NCBI GenBank assembly: GCA_028534125.1
Contig: CM052832.1
Location: 14,696,001 to 14,760,000 of the forward strand
Direction: 5' to 3'
Length of the DNA: 64,000 nt
Source of the DNA: Lama glama
Lineage: Eukaryota
A program made the translations under genes and the position numbers. Below are positions 41,560 through 54,310 of the stretch, piece after piece. Each line of letters opens with the position of its first letter. Position 1 is the stretch's first letter. A model generated the notes under the pieces. It did no database searches and was not told the DNA's origin. It saw only the letters and a program-made list of their open reading frames with translations.

Positions 41560-41628
41560 ACAATGCTGTAAACTGACTATACTTTAACACACACACACAC
41601 ACAGACACACATACACACACACACACAC
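41560..41628 (+). mobile_element. Extremely truncated L1 3' tip with (CA)n tail
   Basis: acaatgctgtaaactgactatactttaa resembles the L1 end at 3560-3590; TSD aagatccccttcct and aaaatcccctttct. Confidence 0.75.
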
Positions 41629-41735
41629 AAAATCCCCTTTCTCAGATGTAGAACCCATATTGAAAATTGAGGACAAACAACAATCCAAAGAGGGTTTCCC
41701 TCAGTTTCCTTCACTTTTAGTGTATTTGTTTTATA

Positions 41736-42582
41736 CAGTAGTCCCCCACTTATGTGCAGGGGTTACATTCCAAGACTCCTAGGGTGGATGCCTGAAACTG
41801 CAGATGGTACTGAACCCTATATATTCTGGGTTTTTTCCCCATACAACATACCTATGATAAAGCCTAATTTAAAATCAGGCACAGTAAGAAATTAACAACA
41901 ACAACTAAACTACAGTTGAACAGTTATAATAATATACTGTAATAAAAGTTATAGAGATGTGGTCTATCTCTCAAAATATCTCATTGTCCAAATTTAATTC
42001 CTTTTCCATCTTACCTAAGCGCTTATCACTCACTGTGACTGTAACTTTTGCAGTTTAAGGTACAACGGCAAAACAAGCATGAGTTTCTTTTTCCTTCACA
42101 GTTTCGTGGATAGAAAATTTGTTACCATAGATCGTAGCAACCTCAGCATATGATTTTTTTTCTCTCCTTACTCAGTTGAGAACTTTCACCTTTTCACTTA
42201 AAGGAAGCCACTTCAAGGCTTCTCTTTGGCATATCTGAATTGCCAGCATCAGTACTCATATGCTTTGAGGCCACTGTTAAGTAAAATAAGGGTAACTTGA
42301 ATATAAGTACTTCCATACCCAACAGTCGATCTCATAACTCAGATGGCTACTAAGTGACTGACGGGTAGGTAGTGTATACAGTGGGGGTACACTGGACAGG
42401 GGTGATGCACATCCCAGACCAAAGACTGGGATGGCAGGAGATCTCATCACACTCTTGAGAACAGTGTGCAATGTAAAACTTATGAATTGTTTATTTCTGA
42501 CATTTTCCATTTAGTATTTTTGGACTACAGTTGACGGGTAACTGAAACTTTGAAAAGTGAATCACGGTAAAGGGGACTCCTG
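41736..42582. mobile_element. MER44C/D-like (Tigger7) non-autonomous DNA transposon
   Basis: TA-cagtagtccccc ... aggggactcctg inverted termini; shares blocks with 21864-22415. Confidence 0.88.
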
Positions 42583-42717
42583 TTATTCCCGTGTAGCTAA
42601 CTGATGAAGTTTTATTTGCCTTTTCCTGTCAGCCTTGCAGCAGTTATTTAGGAGCCTGGACAGTTTTTCATATTTATTTTTAGCAAGGTTCATACTTAAA
42701 AGTTTCTTGGACTTTCT

Positions 42718-43568
<851 letters not shown>

Positions 43569-44526
43569 CTATAGCTTGTTTTTTGAAACCTTCCAGCAGG
43601 AAAATAACTAGACGCCACCGTTGTCTGAATTGAGGTGCTGAACCGCAAAGGAAACTACCACTTTCTTTATTCGTTTCTTCTTGAACCCTTGGCTTTGGCA
43701 GTTGAGGAAATAAGAACTGAATTATGACCAAAATTCTATGGTGCATCTTTTAAAACAAATCTCTTATGGTTTCAGTATGGATGGTAGGGTTTCCTTATCT
43801 GACAGAAAGACAAAGTTGGTTTTAAGTTGGATTATTTTAGAAAGTCTGAGGCATACTAAATTTTAGTATCTTTTGATCACGTAGATGGTGAAAATAGCCA
43901 GGGTGATATCTGTTCTAATATATCAGAGTTACTGCTGGTTTACACCTGTGTCCTGGTTCAATTATTAATAGCTCCCCCTTTCACTCTTAGTTGTCCTAGT
44001 TTGGATAATATATGCTCAACTTTTAATGCCTCAAAGATAGTTGATAAGTTACAATCTTAAAAATTATAAGTTGGGTTTTTGTTTTTGTTTTTGTTTTTTG
44101 AAGAGTTATACCTGGCTGAGTTTCCTGAGTCAGACACATGCAAAATAAAGTAAAAACCACAAAGAGTTTGTGATTCTGGGAAAATGGCTTTTGAGTTTCT
44201 ATATATTGATCATGGTTCTCCGTAGTAATGATTTCCAAATTTGGTTATGCATCAGAATCAGAAAGTAACCTTTTTACAAATAGTTTCATGGGTCTTACCA
44301 CAAGTCTACTGAAGTTGTACCAGAGTCTGAACTTGACTTTACCAAAAATGTAGAACTGCATGCTGTGTAAATGTACTGGATTTCTTTGTCAGTAAGTTTC
44401 TAAAGTAGCATTTAGAGGAACATTTCTTTCTGTAGTTTGGGTGGTGTTCGGGGGTTCTCTGTGATGGCTGCTTTGAGCCTTGGGGGATACGCCTGGCATT
44501 GACATGAGTCGCTTTTTTTGTTTCAG

Positions 44527-44855
44527 ATGTCATCTGGGTCATTCTCAGTGTGGAGGTGGGTGGACTTCTAGGAGTAACGCAGCAGCTGTCGTCTTTTGAA
44601 ACGGAGTTCAACACACAGCCACATCGCAAGGTAGAAGGAAACTTCAACCCGTTTGCCTCTCCCCAAAAGAACCGACAATCAGATGAAAACAACTTAAAAG
44701 ACCCTGGGGGTTCCGGGTTCGACTCGATCAGCAAAAACACATGGGCTCCTGCTCCTGACCAAACTGAGCAAGATGAGAATAGACTCTCACAGAACTCTGT
44801 AAATCTGTCCCCCAGCAGTCACGCAAACAACTTATCAGTAGTGACTTACAGTAAG
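44527..44855 (+). CDS. ILRUN: ILRUN coding exon 4, 329 bp
   Basis: ttttttgtttcag acceptor and AAG|gtaggt donor. Translates (D)VIWVILSVEVGGLLGVTQQLSSFETEFNTQPHRKVEGNFNPFASPQK...NNLSVVTYSK. Confidence 0.97.
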
Positions 44856-47529
44856 GTAGGTGCCCTCGGAGAAGAGGAGAAGGGGTAGGTGGTGGGCCTT
44901 GGGATTTGTGATACCCCTTCATGGCAAACTTAGAAGCCTAGAATGTTCTTTAAGACTGCTTAGCTCTCCTGCCAACGCAACAACACAAAAACCTACCCCT
45001 TCTCCCCTCCCCCCTTCCCCATCTCCATGTCCTGTGGATATTACTCCATTCACATTTATAACTTACTGTTGTCTTTCTGCTCTGGTTTGGGTGTTGGAAA
45101 GAACAAAGTTCTTTACCTTTAGCATAAAAAAAAAAGTCAAAATATCACCAGCCACGCCTCCAGTGTAAACATATACTAAGTGTAGAACAATGGTACACCT
45201 TTTCTACTGTGTTTGGCGGAGGTGGGGGGTTGGGTTTTTTTTGTTTCTTTTTTTTTTTTTGGTTTGGGGTGGATTTTTTCCTGAGGAAAAAGACAATCTC
45301 AGTTATTTATCCTAAATGTTGTTGGGCTTCCACTTTATTTACCTTGTTTGCGTGTCTTCTTGTTGATGTCTTTCCAGTCTCTTATGGCCCATCTACCTCC
45401 TCAGTTACAACCCAGAGTGGCCCAAGTGATATTTTGACTTTTCATGTGTGAGGAATAAGTGAGAATTGTTTGTTGAGTTAATCATGATTTTAAATATTCT
45501 GATTGTTCTAAGACAACCTTCTAGGTGTTTGATTTTTTGATCTGTTTCTCTCTATGCTAGGTGATTAAACAGTACCTCCCTTACTCTGCTGAGGTAATGA
45601 TGGTTCCTGGTTGTTGGTTTTGGTTGGTTGAATAAAGCCCTGATGCTGAGAGCTCACTGTTGTAGGTGATTCGTATGGCAGGGCCTGTGAACATTCCTAT
45701 GCATTCTTTGGCTAGTAATGTAGGATATTAGGCCCAGCATCCCACCTGTATAATCATATAACTGTTAAGTCTTTCCTTGTTTCATGTTGGCATTCACTCT
45801 CAAAATTTTAAAAATAGAATTGATGTTAATTTGAGGGACAACTTACTCTGTTGTAAGAATAGTATTTTTCTGACCAGTACGTTATATGTGGTCCAGATCA
45901 AGAGGTAAATTAAGAAACCCAGTGATATGAATTCTTTTACTTCTCATGGTCTAGCAAGAGGAACTTCATTCAGTAGTAGTGTAACAAGGGATTGATTTAT
46001 TGGTTGGATAGTCATTATAAAGGATTGTGTAGAGTTATGTTAGTCATACAGGATATAAGAGAAGTCAATTGCCTATATTTGAGGAAAGACTTTACACCTT
46101 AACACTCTAACAAAAGATTTTCCTCTAAGCTGCCATAACTCCAGATTTTTCTTCCTTAAATTTAACCCTCCAGGTTATGACCATTCCTGGTGGTACAGGC
46201 CCTAAGCTAAGCATGCCCTATTAGAACAGGAACTTTGAGGCAGCCAAATGTAATGGGAAGATGAGAATTGGAGGAGGCAAAACCAGTTGCTCAATGCTTT
46301 CTGTAGTGGAAGTCCCTTCACCCAACTGTGAACTACCTGGCATCACTGTGGTCTTAGGCGGGGACTAGTGTTCCTGGCCAGGGCACTGCACTCATTTTCC
46401 CGAGTTGTGAACCTGTCGTTTTTCGCTCCTTTAGGGCTTTAGGGACTGATGCATATTAACTACATTATTGCCCTGGCTTAGGGTGGGGGTGGGAGGTTAT
46501 CAGAATGCATTACCTACCACCCTTAATTGAGGTCCTAACATGCTGCTTGTTTTGGAAAGGCCAGGCTGTGGTAAGGCTCTAGAGATATTTCTTGAGGTTG
46601 ATGAACTCATAGTATGTTACCTAATTTTTTTCATGAACTCTGTAGCATCATTTAGAAGTAGCACCACAGAGAAAACTTCTTATTGGAGATATCCAAGTCT
46701 ATAGGCTGTAATGCATTGAGAATGTGGCACTTGGACCCCAAAGAGAAATTGAAGCCTCTTTTTTTTCCCCTTAAGTTAAGCACAGTCTTATTCAGAAAGC
46801 ACTTAGATGAGCCCTAGCAAGTTCTCTGAAAGCCTTTCTGGCTAAAGGGTGAGTCAGCTCCACCTTTTAGGTCTCCTTAGGAATGGGGTAGACTGTAGAC
46901 AGTTACCAGTAAATATTTATCAACACATCTGTGCACTATTTAGAGCAGCATACGTTGTTAAGTAAGGAAATTTGAAGAATAAAAGAAGCTATCCCTACCA
47001 ACTAGCAGCTGTCAATACAGTAGGGGAGATGAAACATGCAAACAGTTCAGTCAAGAGGAGTTTGCATTTGGTCAGTAGAGGACAGCACAGTCAAAATGTG
47101 TAATTTGTGTGCATGGCTGGTTAGTTAAAGAAGGTTGAGATGGAGTTGATGAAAAGGGCTTTTCCACAGAATGGATAAATTTGGAAAGACAGGAAGGATG
47201 ATGTTAGGAGAATAATTTTAAGTGCTTAAAGGCAGAATGAGTAAGGGATATATGATCAGGAGATAAGGATGATAGACAGTGGGGATAAGTTCAGTAGGTT
47301 GCATTGTGTTCCTTTGAGCAACAGTGGATGAAATAATTACAAATGGTTTTGAAAAGAATGGGAGTGTACTTAAATGGATATCTTAAAGCAGAGATAATTC
47401 ATAATTCTAAATACTGTGTATTTGGCTTGAGAATATAGGCTATTTTTAAAGGCAGTCATGCTAGAGGTTCTGAAGAGGTAGCCTTGACAAAGTGACAAGA
47501 TGGGGTAATCTACTAGAGTTATTTTTTAA

Positions 47530-47680
47530 ACAGTTCTTGTGTGCCAGGTGTGCTGCCAAGTACTTTACATGTATCATTTCATATTTTGATAAGAAAACCA
47601 AAGCTCCGAGGGGCTAAGTAACTTGCCCCAGCTAGCAAGCTAGCAAGAGGCAGAGCTGGCATTCAAATCCAGGTGCCACA
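47530..47680 (-). mobile_element. MIR fragment
   Basis: gataagaaaaccaaagctccgaggggctaagtaacttgcccca...ggcagagctggcattcaaatccagg. Confidence 0.7.
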
Positions 47681-49954
47681 TGATTAAGGTATTAGTAGAT
47701 GAACCTGGGCTTTCCCTAGATCCTCCTGTTGGGCTGAAGGCTATGTTGAGCGAAAGCGTTAACTGACTTGATGACCAGTATCGTCAAGATGTGAAAGAAG
47801 CAGAGTTGAAATAAGTGGCTCTAATGTAAACTGAGGGTTGCCTGTGGCATCTTCTTTTTGAAGAGTTCCCCTGTGTGTTGAGTCTTTAGTGGCTTCTTTT
47901 CCTGGTTGATAAAAAATAAAAACTATTTTTTTTAATTTTCAGGGTGCACCCAACCATGTGGCGTTTATAATGAATAACCCTCTTATTTATGAATAAGTGG
48001 AAAGGATGAGAGATCCCTAGAGCTCAGAGTTGGGGCAAGTGTCTTCGGTTTACCTCAGGTACCATCTTTGTTGGATGGGTAGGAAGAGAACCTGATGTGG
48101 TATCAAGGATCACTGAGTTGGCAATAGATTTGATTCACTCTAAAGAAATTCCCTGCCTGCCATTAAGGCTAGGAAAGGACGTGATGCTCTTGGAAGCCTG
48201 TGACCAGAGTTTTAGTAGGCAGATACAGTTTCCTGCTGCCTCCATAGTTACAGTTTAACTTGCTAAGGTTGGTAGGATGAAATGAAAAGATTGCTTCATG
48301 CACCTGCTCTATGAGGGCTGGGTGGATGTCAACATAATGGCACATCTGTCAGTGCCAGGAACTGGATACCCCTGGAGCCCTTCCTCAGCTGCCCTTGAAT
48401 AACCGTAAACTCTCTAGACTCCATGCTCTGCCTTAGGGGGAAGCTCTGGGTGGGAATGCCTGCCCTAGCTCCATCCCACAACACAGAGGGCCTGCCCCTC
48501 CCTGTGTGAGAGCTGTCAGAGGGAGTTAGAAAGTTAAGTATATGCTGACCTGCTCCAGAATTCATAAATCTGACTCTGTGCTTTTGTTAAAAATTGGCTG
48601 ACCTGTCCTACGTGAACAGTCAGACCAAGTATTAATAAAGGTTAGATGCTGTTTTAATGAACCCTTTTTATGTGATTAGCTCAAGAACCTCTGAGGACAG
48701 TCACACGGTGCTCACCATTGACTCAAGGCAGTCTTGCCATGAATTCTAACTCTGACTCATCTCTGAAGGCCAGGACAGCGTCTGTTTGGACAGTGTTAGA
48801 GTAGGAAAAAACAACCGATAGAGGTGTGGAAGGAGAGAATTAAATACTTTTTTTTATTTGCCCATAATTTTTAAATTTTCTAGATGTTTTCCAGGAAGGC
48901 CTTACAGAGAAGTAGGACACAACAAGACAACCAAATGATCTGATTCAGGACATCTGAGAATAAGAGTGTGGCTGGCCCAAACCAAGGAACTGTTTTTTGG
49001 GACAGCCCAAATGCTTTGCTTCCTTTCTCTAAAGAGTAATGATTTACAATCTGGGGGAGCTGAAAAGAATTCCAAACTCATTTATTTTGTTACTTGGACT
49101 GTGCCTCTTATTTTGTGTTTGTTCTTATTTAAAAAAAAATGTTTGGAGCTGGTATTTGTCATATACTCCTCCTTTAAACTGATTATAGTCTGAGCCACTG
49201 TTATTACTTCCGCTTAGTGCTGGTTCAGGAGGAGAACCATGTTATTATCTTTGGGGGAGGTTCATCGTGCTCTTCCAGCGTCAGCCACTGCCGAGTGCCA
49301 TCTGCCCTGCCTGCCCACGTTTCCACCTGCTCCTCTTCCTCCCTCTGACAATCACCCTTTAGTACGTTTTGGATCTGGAGCCTAGAGAAGTTTCTGTTAT
49401 GTCAGAAATCAACTCTCTTCTAACCTACTGCTATCTGTGTTGGATAAGGAATGGAAGATTTATTTTCCCTCTGTGTAGGTGAGGGTTTGGAAACATAGTA
49501 GAGGTTATAGGGGGAGGTCTGGAAAAGGCAAATCTTTTGCCATATGGGCCTGAGGATTTAATGGCTTGTGGATCTTATTATCTACTTTGAAGTAGCTAAT
49601 CAGTTTAACATAATAATAAGGGATGAGTTTAGTGGAATTGAGCCCAACATTTGCCCAGTACAGAGGGCACTGAATTTGACCCAGTGGCAGGTGGTTGGTG
49701 TCCTTAGCTGGGCTAATGGCAGTAGAGGGCAGTGTAGCCTTTCCGCTGCCATGAAACCTGAGTCTTCCTTCTCAGGTGCAGACCCTTTCCCTGAAAGATT
49801 TAAAGCTGGCACAGAGAGAAGCTGGAAGGAAAACTTGTGTCATTTGATATTTTATCCAGCTTGTGTTCTCCTCTGACAAGGGACAGGTAGCAGAAGCACA
49901 CCACTCTCTGATGGGGGCCAATGAGAGTGCAGTAGTCAGAGCTGTAAAACTACT

Positions 49955-50350
49955 GTTCATTGAGCACTTACTATGTGCCAGGCACTGTGCTAAGGACTTT
50001 TTAAATTTTTTGTTATTAAAATGATCAATATACATAGTTTAAAGAACCAAGTAGTTCTACAAGTTTACTACAAAAAACTATAGTCACCTCCTTGCCTCCC
50101 AGCCCCAGTATGTGTTCCCCAGAGGCAGAGGCAGTGGCAGCAGTTTGACTTGCATTACTTTATTTAGTCCACACAACAGGACCATGATACAGGTACTGTT
50201 ATTATCCCTACTTTACAGTTGCTGAGACTTGAGGTACGCAGGTTCCATGACCTGCCCAAGGTCATGGAGCTAGAAAGTGATAAAGCCAGGATATGAACAA
50301 AACCAGTTGTTCTTGACTCCTGAGCCTGCTCTCTTAATGATCCACTACAT
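49955..50350 (-). mobile_element. MIR, interrupted by an unrelated fragment at ~50000-50150
   Basis: ttgagcacttactatgtgccaggcactgtgctaag ... attatccctactttacag...cctgcccaaggtcatggagctagaaagtga. Confidence 0.7.
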
Positions 50351-50859
50351 TGCTTCCCAATTACAAATAGTGTTCATGTACGTATTTTTATCAGGTGAGC
50401 TCACAGCTGCGGGCTAGGGAGAGGATCCTTTCTAAAGTGTACTATGACATTTCAAATGAGGATCAGGCCAATTATTGACCAAATGTTATGTGACTCCACT
50501 ACTACTAAACCCCATTTCTCCACAAGCTGCTATGGAAGCTGTAGAAATCATCCTTTCTCTCCAGCTTCCATGAAGGGAAAGGATTCCCTAGAGCCTCTGG
50601 TCACTTGAGTTTAGATTTTTGTTGACATTGGAATTTCCAAAAAAAAAGAAAAGAAAAGAAATTTCAATTAACTCACTTTTGTGACAGTAACACCTGTACC
50701 TCTTGAAGTCACAAAACCTGTCTATACTCTGATTATGGTCAAAAGATAGAATCTCTGGAGTTATATTTTTCTGAGATGAATTTAAAATCTTCCTCTTAAC
50801 ATGCTTAGTATTTTAGAACTAGAACATACTTAGAGGCTGTCTTATATCCTGTAAAGCCA

Positions 50860-51920
50860 GATTTTGTTTCTGCAAAAGGTTTCTGGAGAAAGAATGTATT
50901 ACAGTCAGTGCAAGCCCTGAGGTGGAAGTTTACCTGATTTGTTCAAGGAACAGAGTGAGGTAGGAGCAGAGTAGAGGGAGATGAAGTCAGGGGATAGAAA
51001 CCAGATCACAGAAGGCTTTGTGGGCCCTTATAAAGGTTTAGGCTTTTGCACTGAGGGACACAGGGAACCATTAAAGGATTTTAAGCAGAGGGGTGATGTG
51101 GTCTGACTTAATGTTGTAACGGGATCCCTCTGGCTCTCATTTCAAGAATACAGGGCAAGGATAGAATCAGAGGACCAGTAGGGAAGTTAGTACAGTCATC
51201 TAGGTGAAGAAAATGCATACTTTGAATCAGCATGGTAGCAGCAGAGGTAGAAGTGGTCTTAGTCTGGATCTGGTTCGTTAGTTAGAGCTAATGGGAATTG
51301 CTTATGGGTTGGAAGAGGGGTGGGGTATAAGAGAGAATAAATGATAACACAAGGGTTTTTGGCCTGTGCGACTAAAAGGACAGAACTGCCATCAGTGGAG
51401 AGGGGACAGGCTGGTGTAGAGGTGAGGAGAGATCAGCAGGTCCATTTTGGGTACACTGGAGATTCTATAAACATCCAGATGGAGGTATCAAGTGAGCTGT
51501 TGTGTATCCACATTGGATATAGAGTTTAGGAGAGAGGTCTGGGTGGAGATATAAATTTGGGAGTCATGTCATATGGACAGTATCTAATGCTATGAGACTG
51601 GCTGCAGTATACTAAGTGATGAATATAGAGCAGGTTTTCTCAGCTAACAGGCTAAGACTAATTGGCATTTTAGGCCAGATTATCCTTTTTATTTGGGGTG
51701 AGGGCTGCAGATCTTATGCATTGTAAGATGTTTACCAGCCTCTCTGGCCTTTACCCACTTGACACCAATAGAACCTCCCTAGCCCTGAGTATAACAACCA
51801 AAAACAACTCCAGGCATTGCCAAATGCCCCTGGGACAGGAGCAGAATTGCCCTGCTTGCAAACCACTGATATAGATAGAGAAGAGGTCCACGGACTGAGC
51901 TTAATACTATCTAACATATA
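50860..51920 (+). mobile_element. L2 fragment interrupted by MER20
   Basis: ggattttaagcagaggggtgatgtggtctgactta, acatccagatggaggtatcaagtgagc and ggagatataaatttgggagtcat. Confidence 0.8.
51631..51868. mobile_element. MER20 (hAT-Charlie) MITE
   Basis: caggttttctca ... gcaaaccactg termini, internal gcattgccaaatgcccctggg; 8-bp TSD ATATAGAG and ATATAGAT. Confidence 0.85.
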
Positions 51921-54174
51921 GACAGTCTCATGTTATCCAAAGCACCTTTACTGCATTTATTCTTGTTCTTAATTCACAACACTCTTGTGGCTTTTGTAGT
52001 TACACTCTTCATTTGACAAACCAATACAGAAGTTGTGAATTGCTCACATTCACACAGCGAATTGGGGGTGGGCCATGGGATGAACCTAGGGAACTATCTT
52101 GAGTCTAGTGTTCTTCTAGGCCACACTACTCCAAGGCTTGCTGACAGAAGCAAAGTTTGTTTGCTGTTCTCTGAAGGTAGTTTATACATTTAGTGTCAGG
52201 TTGTAGAGACCTCCTTGTTCATCTTCAGAAGCAGCAAAAGAGTTTGTGGCCAAGAAGGAAGCAGTGCACGGCAGCTGAGTGCAAGCAGTACCTGTCCCTG
52301 TTCGCTGGCAGATTAGCACATTCTGTACCAGAGGGGTTTGCCAGGAGACTCTGGTTTAATGAAATTACGGTGACTCTCTTTTGATAACCCAGAGGAACTA
52401 GTAAAGTCCTCCCAGCTTTGCTGGTGTTTGCATTGGCATTGGTCATGTGTGCATTTTAAAAATAAATTAAGCGAACACTGTACGTCTTAGAAAATGTCTC
52501 TTGTTGTTTGTAACATTACTATCTGACCAAGAATAAAGAGTATCTCCAGGAACTTTCCCTTTTGTACCTCAACAGCTTCAAAGCTGTTCAGCTCCCTTTT
52601 CTTTGCTTTGGGGCTCTGAGCATTGTTTTAGATTGGTCTGATGCTGGGGTAGTCTTGTAGCTGAAACAGAGCTAGTGTTCCCAAGACAGCCAGCATATTT
52701 TATTTTAGTTGTAAGGAGACATTCTTTTCCCTGTATTCTGAATTTGACATTTTAATTTCTGATAAAAGTTCTGAAAGTGGGACTAGGAAATTGTAGGTTT
52801 AGACAGATAAGTATAATTCGGAATTGTAGTGTGAGAATTTGTGTCCTGGTATAGATACTCAGGTTTCAAATGACTTGTTCTCAGCTAAGTCTGCTGTTAG
52901 CTATAGTCTAGAAGTACCAGGTGCAGAATGTAAGATTAAGAGCTGCTGTGCCTCAGCAGACTGTTCCTTAGACCTGGACTGAAAGTGAGACCCTTTTCAA
53001 AGCTGTATACATTCACCTGCAAAAGCTTGAGGGTCTTGGGCTTTTTGCTGTGATTACCACCCAAGGGCAAGTTAAAACTGCTTTGACAGAGAGGGCTTTG
53101 ATATTATTTAGTCAGAAGGAGAGGCCTTCTAAGTTGCTCACAGCCTGTGTTAATCCTTATCTTCAAAGAATTTACCATCTGATTACACAGATGTGACTAG
53201 CTCATAGGAAGAAATGAGAGCCAGTAAAGAAATAGTATGTTGAGTTCCAGCTGATTTTTAAGTGCTCATATGAGTTTGAAGGAAGGAGAAAGCAGTGAGA
53301 TTTGAAGTAGCCAGGAAAGTGATATGTTGGTGAATGATAGATTCAAACTGAATTGGAGGGAAGAGGAACCACATGCAGGAAGGCCCAGAGGCATTCACAG
53401 GCAGGGTGTGTTTACAGGACCCTCGCCAGCCTGAGTGTGGTGAGTGAGGTGTATTTAGAGGGTGGGGTGAATTTTGGAGCCTTTGAAAGCGAAGCACAGG
53501 AGAGTTCACCTTTAATGTGAAAGGAAATAGAGTACCAACAATGCTTTTGAGCAGGGGAGTGGTAGGATGAAAACAAACATGGCTGAATGGGGACCAGGGA
53601 AAAACAATTTATTCTCCCTGAATCAGCCAGACATTTGGGGGGATGCAGGGGAGGCTATTCTGTGAATTAATTGTAAGAGAGATGGGGGAAGACGATGGCA
53701 TGTAAGGAAACGGTATAGGAGCTGGAATGGAAATCCTGAGAAGAAGTGGGACCAGCAGCCTCAGCAGGACTCCTACAGTGTAGCACCAAAGGACATGTGG
53801 CTAGGAACTTGGATAAACTTTTAGCTATCTTCCCCAGTGAGACTCTTAGCAGTTCTTTCTTCCTTTCTAGGAATCTCCTCTGCCCTAAGAAATGGCCATG
53901 ACAGAGCTCTGTCTGCCAGCATCCCACCTGAATTCTAGCACACTTCCTATTAACAAGATTTTGGGGGCTAGAATTTCAAATAGCAAATAGCTTTCTCTGA
54001 AGTCTTTACTGAAAGGGGAAGTAGAATTCAGCCAGTGTCTTTCATCTCCTTGTAGAACTTTAAATATGTTTTCATTCACAATTATGTTTGAGTTTTCTTC
54101 TTCATGGTGGTATTCTTGATTTGTCATGGGGTAGGTGAAGGCTCTGGGAGTTGCCTTTGGCCACGGGGAGCTTT

Positions 54175-54310
54175 GGATGGACTAGAGGATGAATGACAGA
54201 GGAAGAAGGGAAGGAAGGTGGAAAGGTGGATGATGGCAGGAGGAAGAATGAGGGCTGTATGATGAAGGATTGGATGATCGGTGGAGGGAGGAGGGATGGA
54301 CACATGAGAA
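54175..54310. repeat. Degenerate purine-rich (GGAT/GGAA)n low-complexity tract
   Basis: Read directly from the sequence. Confidence 0.7.

Noticed and set aside
47768..47840. Possible intronic C/D-box snoRNA (TGATGA...CTGA)
   Set aside because: Imperfect C box context, weak terminal stem and no recognisable rRNA guide; an Infernal/Rfam search would settle it.
48719..48759. Two AP-1 sites (TGACTCA) 34 bp apart
   Set aside because: Several such 7-mers are expected by chance in 64 kb and there is no independent support.
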